The notes below the pieces were generated by a model. The model was not told the DNA's origin. It saw nothing but the letters and a program-made list of their open reading frames with translations, and made no database searches. This document shows positions 22,259 through 34,470 of a stretch of 52,632 bases of DNA, one piece after another. Numbering within the stretch: the first letter of the stretch is position 1; every line of letters begins with the position of its first letter. Position numbers and translations under genes: made by a program. Source of the stretch: Gnetum montanum (lineage: Eukaryota > Plantae > Gnetophyta); assembly GCA_015680685.1 (NCBI GenBank), contig MNCI01002116.1:54944-107575 (forward strand). Direction: 5' to 3'.

Positions 22259-25191
22259 GTGATTTCTACCACATCACCTTATTTTTTCATGCAAATGGGG
22301 TCCTCTTTAGGATTCCAAATCTCATAAGCCTCTCACACCCCTTTTGTCCCATTTATTCCCCATGTTTCAATTCAAAATTTCTTCTCCTTATTTAATCCCC
22401 CTGCTACCATGTCCTTCTCATCTATATTGATGCCCATTGCATGGCCCTAGGTCACCCAATTTCTCCCACAACCATTAGTTCAAATTCCACAACCTACATG
22501 AATGCCTCAAGGCCTAGATTAGGCCTTCTTAATGTTCCAAGACCTCATGGAAGAGCTATGGAAGCTTGAGGCCTCCACTACCCAAATGGTGAAAATCATG
22601 GACTTCTATCAAGATGATCCCATCAATCCTATCATCTTACAAATAACTCTCCCCATAGGTATTCATATTCCTCACTTCACTAAATACAACAGCAAGGGTG
22701 ATCCCAACTCACATCTCATTACCTTCTGTTTTGAGTGCTTGTTGTTACAAGCTTGGTCACATACTATGATGCACATCTTTCCTATGTCTCTAACTAGAAA
22801 AGCCTTGGATTAGTATCATGTGTTACCCAAAGGCTCAATAACCTCTTTAGATGACTTGATTTCATAATTCGTTAACCATTTCACGTATAACTTGAGACCT
22901 AACACCAGACTAGACCAGCTTATGAAGGTTAAATAAGGGCCTCTTAAACCTATTCAAAAATTCATATAGAGATGGAATATCATCCTTAATGAAATTCCTG
23001 AGCCCATCTTTGAGACACATCTTCTAGTCATTTTCAAGGGGATGATTAACAATTTTATTAAGTCCAAGCTATACTACTTGGATCCATGGTCACTTAGCCA
23101 AGCCTTTTCCCAAACCAAAAACATAGGTGATGCTATAAAAGCTAGTAATGACCTAGCATATGTAACATACAAGAACCAACACATGAGAAAGGATAGTGAC
23201 AAAGGAAAACATGAACATGTATCCATGGCCACAGTGGCTAAAGAGACAAAACCACACATGGGCCAAGGACAACATAACCAAAGTCCCTTGCCACTATTGC
23301 TCAACCATTAACACTAGGTGCCTCCACCCCCAATCCACCTAGGCCAAACTTTGAAAGGAAGGATCGATCCAAATACACAAAACTACTTATGAAACCATCT
23401 GAGCTTTTTGAATAGTTGCTTAAAAGTGGCCATATCTAATACAAACAATTAACTAAGAGTACATGCAAGAGGCATGATCGCTTATGTGAGATTGCCAAAA
23501 ATCCCATCGTGGTCACCAAAGATGATCCACCCATGCCCAAATACTTTAAACTAGACTGATTCTACCCTTACCACCAACTTCCTAGCCATGACACTGATTT
23601 TTGCTTGGCTTTAAAGGATGATTTGTAGAAAATGAGGGATAGTAGTGAATTGGTCCTAGGTACATCAAACCTAGTTAGGCCTTAAAACCAACACAAGCAA
23701 GTGTACAAGGATCCCTTAAATGCTAATAATGACCAATACACGATAGCAACATTTAACATTACCAATAATTCTAAACCTTCTAGGGAGCCGTTTGTGATTC
23801 AGATACCTCCTTATGATGAAAGGGCTTCAACTTCATCGAGTTTAAGGACTCCTTTTATCATAAGGATACCATCACCTATGCCTCCTAAGGAACCATTTGT
23901 AATTAGAATGTCCCTTCCCATTGTCATTAAGCCTACAACCTAGGTTGATCAATGTCCTCCTGTGGTAGCCAATACCTCAACTTCTTTGTAGTTGAATGAT
24001 AAGAAATCACCTCCAAAACAATGTAAGAATCTAGCTCCTACACCTAAGGCCAAGGACAATAAACAACCAAAGGTGTGGAAGAAAGTAGGTCTACCAAAAC
24101 CTACACCTATTTTAGCCATTTCCATGAGCTCTAATGCTCAAATTGCTTTGACTAGCCAAATAAGGAAGGACAATAAACAACAAGAAAAGGGAAAGGAGCC
24201 TAAACATCAAACACTTAAACATGAGGTTAATGTCTTGAATAGAATGTAGGAAGTCAAGGCAAACAAAAATGAAAAATCAATTAATAAAAATAAAGGCATC
24301 CTCACTGCCATGGAGTAGGTTAAGCTTTTACTTAAATAGAAAAATACCTCTTTGAGCTTATACAACCTAGTGATGACCTCCTCTACTCATCATAAAGCCT
24401 TAGTTAAGATGTTGACCTCTATTCTTGTCAATGAGGGTACTCCTACCAATTAGGAGTCAATTCATGTAGTGATGCTACCTCCTTCACCTAGGGAAGAAAT
24501 AAAGTCAACTACCTTGACATTTTGTGATGATGAGGTGAAAACCACCTTACAAAGTGGTAAGGTGTTAAGAGCTCCTTTCTTCATAACAATTAGGGTTGGT
24601 CAATACAAGGTACATTGGGTGCATATTAATGATGGGATGACAATGAACATTATACCCTTTTCCATCGTTGAACGTTTAGGCTTGGTGGAGCACATTCAAG
24701 ATACCTCCACTTCTACTTTTAGGTCATTTAATGGATCATAGGTAGTAATGAGAGGATCCATTTTTCCAAACTTCATTATTGGGAAATAATGAGAGGAAAC
24801 ACCAGATTTCAACCTAATTCTAGAGAGTTCTTGGTTAGCCAAATTGTGAGTAGTCTCTTCCATAATCCATTAGGAAACTCACCTACCTTACAAGGAAGGC
24901 GAAATTATAATCCATAGAGACATTAAAATTTCCTTGTTCTTTAATAGTATTAACATAGAGTGAGGATTTGAGGTGGAGTTTCAAGAAAAACTTATTACCA
25001 TCAAGAACAAAGTCACAAATCATGATAACATAGACCAAGCCAAGACCAATAACGATGGGGCCACAAACGAATCATGGGAAGAACTCCTGTTCAACCTTGT
25101 AAGCAAAGGGAATAGAGAGTATAAAATTATGCAACAAAGGCCTTATACATTCCCTAATCTTTCAAAGATTAGAAAATAGTTGCGCAATTGA
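22259..25191 (+). pseudogene. B2 gag-protease ORF, N-terminally truncated, disrupted
   Basis: KYNSKGDPNSHL, FPMSLTRKALD, YHQLPSHDTDFCLALK, HINDGMTMNI, FNLIL, RPYTFPNLSKIRK. Confidence 0.88.
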
Positions 25192-25873
25192 ATACTCCTC
25201 TCACTTTTAGTTAACCTTATACCATATTACGTAGCCTTTTTAACTTAGAGCCTTGTTATTGAATTTTATTTACATATTTACACTTTACTTTACAAATATT
25301 TTCTACCTTGTTATATTGTATTTAGTATTTTAGTACATAGCCTTATTTTGCTCTTTCGCATCAATTTACAATTTGTGCTTATTTCCTTTGCACTTACATA
25401 AAACTATAAAATGATATAAAAATGAAAAAAATACAAAATAAAAAAAAATGGCTTGCTAAGGCCTAGAACTATTGGTCTACCAAGGCCTAAAACTAGTGGC
25501 CTTCCAAGGCCTAAAATTGGTAATTTTATGACATTCCCTTATGTCTACTATTCATGCATATTATGACCTATTTACTTTTTCATATTACTTACAGCTTCCA
25601 CCTTGAAAGTTATGCCTTGTATTATGTTCTTACCTTATTCAAATTTTATTTTTCAAATTTGTTCCAACTTATAACCAATTATGCAAAGAAAAGTGTAAAA
25701 TAGACTATATATATAACATTTTTTAAAAAAAGAGAAAGTTTTATCTTATGGAAAAGAATGTCCAATACCAACAACCATAATCACACTAAAATTAATGTAG
25801 TCTCCAAGGCTATGATAGCCTAAAATTAAAAAAAAAATAGTAGGACCCAATAGGCTAATCAAATATGCTAAAA

Positions 25874-28800
25874 CTAAGATGTAGGAAGAGGAGGAGGATC
25901 ATTAGCAACATCATCTTCAATATGATCATCATCATTGCTTGAGGCCTATGAACAACCAAAATATAAGTAACTAGTGTATCATAACCAAAACAAAACTATG
26001 AAAATCATAATAGCAAAATAATAATAATAAAAAAAACTATAACATGCAAAAAACCAAAAAAACTTAAAACATCTTTACACAAACCTCTAGGGATTTTGGA
26101 ACTATGTCTTCAAGTGCAAATCTTTGAAGACTAGCTTTTAATCGGTGGAGAATTTATTCTTCCCTCATGTTTGCCTAGTTAATGTTTGCACCTATCCCTT
26201 GAATAAATAACTCATACTTACATTGTGTCATGGATACCTCCTACCATGACTTCATGTAGTTCTCTTTCTCCAACTTGTAAAGCCTTTTGTGAGCCTTTTG
26301 TTTTTTTCCCCACTCTAACATCCATGCATAGTAATTGGGCCAATCCTTAGAATTTTCAACCAGAAGCTCCATTTGCATGTCTTTCTCTACATTGCTCCAA
26401 GCTAGAGCAACCTTACAATAATGGGACCACTCGATTTCTTTAGTATGTAAGGAATCTTTATTGGCCACATTTGCCTCTATGAATTCCTTATAATTTTCAA
26501 GGTGTTTGACTTTGTTGGTTAGCTCCTTGTTTTGCTTTCTTAAAACTACAACCTCCTTCCACAAAAACTCATTAGAACGTTGGACTTCCCAAAATGTTTT
26601 TGCACAAGTTGTAGCACTTTTTGTGGTCCCTTTAAACAACTTGTGTGGGACATTGTCAACATTAAAGGATAAGGCTAGGAACTCATCAAATTTGAAGTTT
26701 GGTTAGGAGTTCCATTTTATTTTGGAAACTGCAACACAAAAAATACAAAAACATTTAAAAATATTAAAAAAAACATAAAACAAAATTAACATAAAAACAT
26801 AGAAAAAAAAATTAAAACATGTAAAAATGAAAACACTTTAACACTTTAACAAGCTANTAGAATGTGGATGTAGATGCTTCTAGAGGAGGTTCACATCCTA
26901 CAATGGCTATAAAAGTTATATATTAATTACAACAAGATAAAAAAGCAATGCAAGAACAAAAATTAAAACATAAGAAAAATTATTAAAATTAAAACACACT
27001 AGGAAGATCTTTCTTTGCAACAAAGCAAAGCCATAAAACATAAAATAAATTAAAAAATATTTATAAAAAAATATAACAAAAAATATAATTAAAAATATAT
27101 AACTAAAAAATGTGTTTACATACCTTCAACATCTTAATTCATCATGTTGAACTAGAGGACAATTTCCTGGGTGTTTGCTTAGTAGGAACTTAAATGTTGT
27201 CTTCAACACATGGCCTCTTTATCTTCTTTCCAACAACATCATCTACTTCTTTGCATAACCTTTTGGCCTTCTTAACATTGCTAGGTGTAACATGGGGCTC
27301 AATTCCCGTGAAGTCAAGGGAATATCCATGCAAATCACTAAGACTCTTAATGGTAATAAACAATGATTCTCTAACCTTCTTCACTAGTGGACCTTGATGA
27401 CATATGACCTAAGTGCTATGATTAGCCCAAGGCCTAGATAGCTGGAAAGGGTCACATGAAATCCATTCTCCACCTTTCTTGATCACTAATAACTTAGCAA
27501 ACCTCTTTAGATATGCAAGAAATAGTGTAAAATGCACATGATGAATATTATAGAGGTTGTTGTGAAGTGTTTTGATTTCATCCCTCAAACCAATGACCAA
27601 GTGGGTAGCCCAATCAAACATAATACCATTAGTTAGTACCTTTCTCATTGTTCTAGTCTATTAAACTCCTATGGTTTTCTTATGTGATAGTAACATGGGA
27701 AAGGCCCTAACATGGAAAAGAGGATAGGTCTCACTAGCTTCCTCAACTCTACACTTGTTGAAAGTTAATATTGCATCTAGGGGAGAGTTGACCCAAGCCT
27801 CTAGCTCCTCTTTATAGCCTACATCTTTCTTTGCTCTAGTGGTCACCTTAGCACTACTAGAGGGTACACCAAAGAGATCACTGAACATGGATATGGTAAC
27901 ACTTAATGCAATAGGGTAATCATGAAGATGAGTGATTAATTCAATGACATTATCATCAAAGGAGTCAATCACATTTAATATTTCAGCAAGTGACATCATT
28001 GGACTAGGTAACATAAAAAATCATGGAAGCCTAAATTAGTAAGCCTTTTTTGGATGTCAATAGAAGCCCTTTTGACCAACCATTCTTGTGCTAAGTCTAC
28101 TTCAGCCCACTTGAGCTGAATTTATCCTTAGAATGTCTTGAAATAGAATATGTAACACAACATAGTGAACATGTTAGCCTTGTAACAACCAAAAAGATAA
28201 CAAACACAAATAACAAAAACATAAAATAAATAATAATAATATAATATATTAAAATTATTAACCATGCTAAATAATTTTAACTTACTAGGCTTAGGTAAGG
28301 CTAGAACCTTAGGATGAGATGTTGCACGTGCTCCTAAATCTAGGTGAGTCCACCACTTGTGTACATGATTGGTTGCTATGCTTGACTAGTACAGGTTGAA
28401 ATACTGTGTATGGTATCTATCAAACTTGGGTTTGAGATGGTGAAGCACTTGCACCCTCATGATTTCACATTTCTCGAACTCTTCCAAAGCTATTTGAGCC
28501 ATAGCTAAGGTTTGGTCATCCCTCACCAATCCCCTTGGATGTACCCTATGCCTACAAAAAAATGAAGTATCAAAATAGTTAGAACTAGAAAACCTTAAAA
28601 CCAAAAATAAGAAAAGGTGATAGTTTAAAGCAAAACATACTATGTTAGCAAGTAGATGGTTTCTGGAGGATTTTGGAAGAATGTGTTTATCCTATGGCCT
28701 ATCATCATAGTGTTGTCAACATTGCAATAACTTGCAAACTCTTTCATCATAAGAGGTACTATTCCTTTCTATCTTTCTCTAGGTGTTAGGATCATCAACC

Positions 28801-29063
28801 ATAACTTCAAGATGTAGTTGGAAGCTTTGGGCACAAGAGTGTCTATGATTATACCAACAATATCCATTGACAAGTATGACCATACTATCACACCAAAATG
28901 TTTGATCAAGTACAACAAAAACTCTCGAGAACTAGGTCTAAACCACACCAAAGTATGATTGTCAATGTTCATATCAAGGTTCAAACTTTTTTATGTGGTT
29001 ATCCTAGTGCAACATAGGATACCAACTAGCCCCACCACCACCAAAATAGGTCTTAGCAAGGCC
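25874..29063 (-). pseudogene. Antisense multi-exon gene of B2 (FCP1/NIF-like domain + plant-mobile-domain-like region + coiled coil)
   Basis: Exons ~29063-28641, 28551-28286, ~28157-27124, 26728-~26060, 25945-25874 with GT-AG boundaries; homologous to the B1 gene; upstream exon(s) not resolved. Confidence 0.78.
28386..29063 (-). pseudogene. FCP1/SCP-like (NLI-interacting factor, HAD) phosphatase-homology domain, catalytic Asp residues absent
   Basis: RPILVVVGLVGIL...VWFRPSSREFLLYLIKHFGVIVWS...IVGIIIDTL...NTMMIGHRINTFFQNPPETIYL...DDQTLAMAQIALEEF is colinear with the NIF consensus KLLVLDLxGxL..FKRP..EFL....F.V.IWS..NTLLIDD.....NPP.. Confidence 0.75.
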
Positions 29064-31074
29064 CTATATATAGCAAAAACTCATAATAATTCGAACATAA
29101 GAAACCATGTAACCATTATAAAAAAATTAACAAACTCTAAACCAAAAATAACCACCTACACCAATACAACTATCTTTAAAACATGAATCAAAATCTAGCC
29201 TTTACCTTTACATAACATTTTTTTTTAAAAAAACTAGTTTAACATTTTCACAAGCTCTTAACATGAAAACCAAAATTTAACAAAATGGAAGGCCAAGAAT
29301 AACAATGCTAGGGCCTAACTAATGTACTTTTTCAGGAGTTTATTGTCAAGTAATTCACACAAGCCGAAGCATTGTAAAGGTTGAAAAAGTAGAAACAACA
29401 AGTATGAAATTTCTTTGCTCTTGGAGCTTAAATGCTAACACATCTTTCACAAAATGCATTAAAACCCATTGTATGTTGGTATAACTTATCTAATAAGTTT
29501 TATAGATTGGCTATAATGCTTGAAAAAATTCCACAATAGCTACAAACTGAGCCTAAGCACCCAACATTGTCAATCTATGCCATGTGAACCAAAACTATGC
29601 AAACAAAATCTAAATTGATTAACATAGATACTAGAGGCTAGGAAAAAAATCTAAAAAACTGTAAAAAAATTATTTTTAGTTGTAAGTGCAGTGAACATAG
29701 CCTAAATAACCAAAAGTAACCACCAAGGCTATAATTTAAGCATAGGAAAAATCAAAATTATGGCAAATTTTGAATAAGATTTTTACTGAGGAAACCTAGT
29801 TTGTAGTGAATCGACTGCAGTAAATACCCCCCCTGAAAAACTCGTAAAAATTTCAAAAAATCCCAAAATTTACATGAAACACTCCTACACTATTCCCACC
29901 ATCTTCCATGAGCTAAAACACTAATAACATGTGGTCAAAAATTTAAGAACATTGTCAATATTCCCCTGGGAAAGCTACAAAATTTCAACAAAATTGTATA
30001 GAATACTAAAAACTGGGTTGGTAAAAAATCCATAAAGAATTCAAAAAAATCCTAAAATTATAATTCTACCTCCAATATCACCATAAAACCTAGAATAACA
30101 CATCTATGCACTCATAATTGCAAAATGTTAGCCTATACATTCTAGAAAAAATATCAAACTTGAAAAAAGATTCACCAAAACTAGGTTAAAAATGTTGAGC
30201 ATAGGGTTGGGAAAAATCCAAATCTCCCTAAATCCATTACCAAAAATCAAAATCTTAATTTTTATGTAATCAACAAACCCAAATCTTTCATTCAGCACAA
30301 AAATATTGAAAATTTTTGACCTAGATAAGCGTAGAAGTGAAAAAACATTTCTACATAATTGTAAAAAATAAAAAAAATGGTGAAAATGTGGTACCTAGTA
30401 GATCTTGATGAATATCCTTCTCCAAAAATAGCATCTAAAATACTTTAAAAAATGCGTATGGCTTCCTCTACCTCATCCAAAACTAGCTTTTGAGTGCTTG
30501 ATCCAATCTTCATTATGGTTGTCAAGAGCTTCAAAACTTCACCATGATTATATCAAAAGAAAAGCTTGAAACTCCGTGCCCTGCTACACCAATATTATGA
30601 GTAGAGATGGATGAATGCTAATATTGTCAAGGATATGTGATGATTTTAGTTTTCCAACCACCATTTTAAATTCTATGCATCACACTTAGAAGACTTTGAA
30701 GAAAACTGCTTCAACACTAAGGTTGGGTGTAAGAAATCCTTTGATTGTCAAGTGTCCTAAACGTAGATAAGAAAAGGCCTTTGGAAAATCAAGAGAGCCT
30801 TCTTCGCATTAAGCTTGGAAATGTTTAAAGATATGTCAAGCCTTGTATGTTAGATTTTGGTTGAACGTTTTTGTTTTGTCCTTCCAAGTCATGCTTCCCA
30901 AAACAACACATTCACCAACTTTGAGAGCTTAAAAACCTTGGTAATACGTTGGTCATAAGAACCCCAATGTATTTATCTAACATATAGAAGATGTGATTAG
31001 GCATTAACCATCTTTAATTGAAGCTTTAATCATCTAGAGAACCCCACCAAAGTCCAAGATTTTAATAAGTCTAG

Positions 31075-31913
31075 TGTGTATACATTGGAATTTCAAGTCA
31101 AATATGTTGACCAATGTATGAACCAATATGTGGCACCTTGAGAACACCAAATGCTTGCTAAGTAACCTCATACATTACCAAAAATGGTCTTAGAAATGGT
31201 AGATCCTACTCTAAAAACCTAGGCATTGAGGTGGAGACTTGGGAACCCTTAAAGCTTGTTGGAACTTCATAAAAACTATTCAAACGTGATATTCACATTA
31301 GGCATATATGCCCCACTTGTTGGCCAACGTACATGCCAACATGGAGAGCTATCAGCAAGTTCTAAAATGCCCAAATTTTCTTAACAATTACCAAGTGGGA
31401 TCAACAAAACCTAACAAAGAAAACTACCTTGAAAATTAATTGTTTAAGCTTTAAAAACATGTGTTCTATGATATTATACATTGGTTGTCATGCCTCATAC
31501 ATTGGCTAATGTATATGCCAATGTGAGAGCATGAAGAAGTTTGCAATTTAGCTTTTACAATCTCACAAGATACTAATCTTACTCTAGAACCCTAGGCTCA
31601 GACATAGAAGATTGTAGGGCCAAAGAACTAAATCAAAAACCTCAAAATTGACCAAGATGAACTCCAAATATTGGGTGTTTATGACTCATACATTGATCAA
31701 TGTATATACCAATGTGAGAATACAAACTAACTTAAAACTTGGTTAGTATAATCTTAGAAACTATAGATCTTCTTTCAAAACCTTGGCCACTACACTAGGA
31801 ATCTGGAAGGATTAAGACTAAGTTGTAAAGCCCTCTAAAAGTGTCAAGTTTCATTCATACATTAGGCATTTATGCTCCACACATTAGCTAACATGTATGC
31901 CAATGTGTGGTCA
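31075..31913. repeat. ~190-bp degenerate tandem repeat in the B2 spacer (left part)
   Basis: Units at ~31080, 31295, 31478, 31668 and 31858 carrying cacattggc...gccaatgtg. Confidence 0.8.
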
Positions 31914-33320
31914 TGTTGCGATAGAAAATCTTAGCCATTTGAAAGCCAAGGACTCTAATCCACAGACAATCTCAACCATGAATCCCCAAGGCCTCTAAGA
32001 AAAAATGGGATTTAGGATGCCTTGGACAATTTGATAGATCACCCAAGGACTTAAGGGGGTGCAAACTAGGGTTGTAAAAAATTGTAAAAATTGCAAATCT
32101 AAAAACCCAAAATGAATACAAATTGCACACAAAATGAAACTATAAACTTTATTAAATGAATAAAGAATGAGTTCAAAAAGGTGTACAAATGTTCCTATAG
32201 GAGAGAAAAGGGGGGTTCACTTACGTAGGGGTTCCAATTCCATTAAAGAAGATAGAATCTATTCCATGATCTGGATTGTCAACCACTCTCGATGTTTTTG
32301 AACCTCTTTTGCTATTACTTAAAATCTGCAATGTTGGTCACTACTGGGGTTGAGAAATGTGAAGAATTGAGGTTCTCAAAATGATCCACACTAGAACTTG
32401 GAGATCCTAGGAAGGTAATGTTGACATCCAAGCTCACAAATCCCAAGGGGGATAATAGGGCTATAATGGTTCTACGTTGGTAGGCCTCAAGAAGCTACAT
32501 TTCTACTAAGTAGCAAGAGCTCTTGGATGCCTAGAATGCCAAAATGCTCAAAATGCAAAGTGTGTGTAATTGCCAAGAGTGTCTCCTTGAAATGGTATTA
32601 GGAGAGGGGAGGGGGAGGAATTACCACATATGAAAAGTGTTATATCCCCATGGCCATTCTGTTTACTAGAAATAGTAACAAGGGTGCACCTTCCACGTTG
32701 GGTCTTCAACCTTCCACGCTAACATTACATTGTTCTTGCTAGAGTTGATGCAATGATTAAATGTTGGCCATGTTGCTTCTACACTAGGGAGGAGGTGTCA
32801 ACATTGGGGGGATGAGAGATCAATGTTGGGGATGAAGGTCAACCCCTTCTATGTTGAGCATCACCCCCTCTCTAAGCTAGGGGTAGGTGAGATCCACCCC
32901 CTACATCACTCTATGCTTGTTTTAATGCCTCCACCATGGGAGTAGGTGGCCCACATCCCTCTACACTAGGGGTAGGTGAGATTTACCCTATTGTTAGAGC
33001 TTTCTAGTGTAGAAAAGTGTATACCCCTCATAAAATCCATCAAATTGCCATTTTTGGCATCCTAGAAGGCATTTTGACCCCCCNNNNNNNNNNNNNNNNN
33101 NNNGCCCCCCTCCCAAGCCCAAATATAGATACCATGTGACTCTTTTCACTTGGGGAATGAGGCTTTGGCCACTTATGAGGCATTTTTCAATCCCAAAACT
33201 ATGAAATAAGTGAGATTACCTCTTATGGATTACAGTCTTCACATTTACAATGAAGTTTCACCTTAGGTTTCATGGGATGAGGTTACAAAGGTTACAACAT
33301 GCAAATTTGATGGTGTTTCA
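31914..33320 (-). repeat. 3' LTR of B3 (N gap 33084-33103)
   Basis: tgttgcgatag...ggtgtttca; matches 42048-43588 apart from an internal deletion near 32595; purine-rich minus-strand tract at 33321-33335. Confidence 0.88.
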
Positions 33321-34267
33321 TTGGTCCCTCATTATCGATGTTTGGAGGATTAACCTGACAAGCACCACAAAAAATACAAAACACCACTATAGGTCCATCA
33401 CCAACATTCCCTCTCTGCACTTGATCTAGTCATGTCAAATCATGCCGAAGAGCACTTGTGATGATGGGATAAGGCTATGATGAGATAGTAGTAATGGTCA
33501 TTAGGAAGATGATCAATGCAATCCAAGTGTGGTTGTCATGACTATAATGTGACATTGACATGTTTTGAAGTATTGGTCGCTCAGCAAATGTGTTTGAGGA
33601 TCTAAGCACTTTGCTCCAAGATTTCTTTGGCCATTGGGCTTTGAGACTTCATTGGCCATTTAGACTTTTGGCAATTTGTCTTCCCCCACTTCCCTTCCCC
33701 CCTGCATCCCTCTGTTTGTTTATGGGCTGAGACCTTCATTGGGTCTCATTGCTAGGGTTGGTTTGACATAGTTTTCATGTTAAATGAGTTGCATTACACT
33801 CAATGGACTTGGGATTTCCATCAAAATGAGACATGTTACGCTTGATGAACTTAATGGTTTTTCCACTGAATGAGCTATGTTGCAATTGAAGTGGACTTAA
33901 GGATGGAGCATGATAAAGAGATATCATATGGCTATAGTGCATGAATGGCAAACATAAGTTAACATTGTTTTCCAAGGTATGGAAGGTCATAATGAGGTTA
34001 CGAGGCTGGGCTCAAGGATTGATTCTAGATGGAGGGAAATGGTACAAGCACTCTTAACATAGAAAAATAAACTCATCAAATCTTGCACATCAAGGTCACA
34101 TGGTGACTTGCTACTATAATGGATTGCATCCTTGTGATGGCTCTAAGCTTTATCCTGTGAACAAATCTCCAAGAGGATAGGAAAATTAGATAAATAGAAC
34201 ATGTCATAACATTACAATGCATACAAGCCACATAATATAACAAACCAAGCTACCCAGGTCACTAATG

Positions 34268-34470
34268 TTACCAGTTTAAGGCCATGGTAGGCCATGATAC
34301 CAATTTAAGATCTTGGTAGGTTGTGGTGAAAGTTTAAGGTCATAGTAGACTGTGGCACTAGTTTAAGGCCTCGATAGGATGTATTGCTAGTTTAAGGTCC
34401 TAGTATGTTGTATGATTGGTTTAAGGCCTCAACAAGCTATATTGTTGGTTTAAGGCCTCGATAGGTTGTT
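34268..34470. repeat. ~30-bp tandem repeat (ccagtttaaggcc core)
   Basis: About 7 degenerate units. Confidence 0.8.

Noticed and set aside
25874-29063. Ordinary host gene caught between transposons
   Set aside because: A homologue sits at the same position and orientation relative to gag-PR in the independent copy B1, so it travels with the element; both copies are decayed.
33084-33103. N gaps at equivalent positions in both B3 LTRs as a biological feature
   Set aside because: Most likely a sequencing or assembly failure at a poly-C tract.
34268-34470. CRISPR-like array
   Set aside because: Contiguous degenerate tandem units without unique spacers; eukaryotic TE context; no cas genes.
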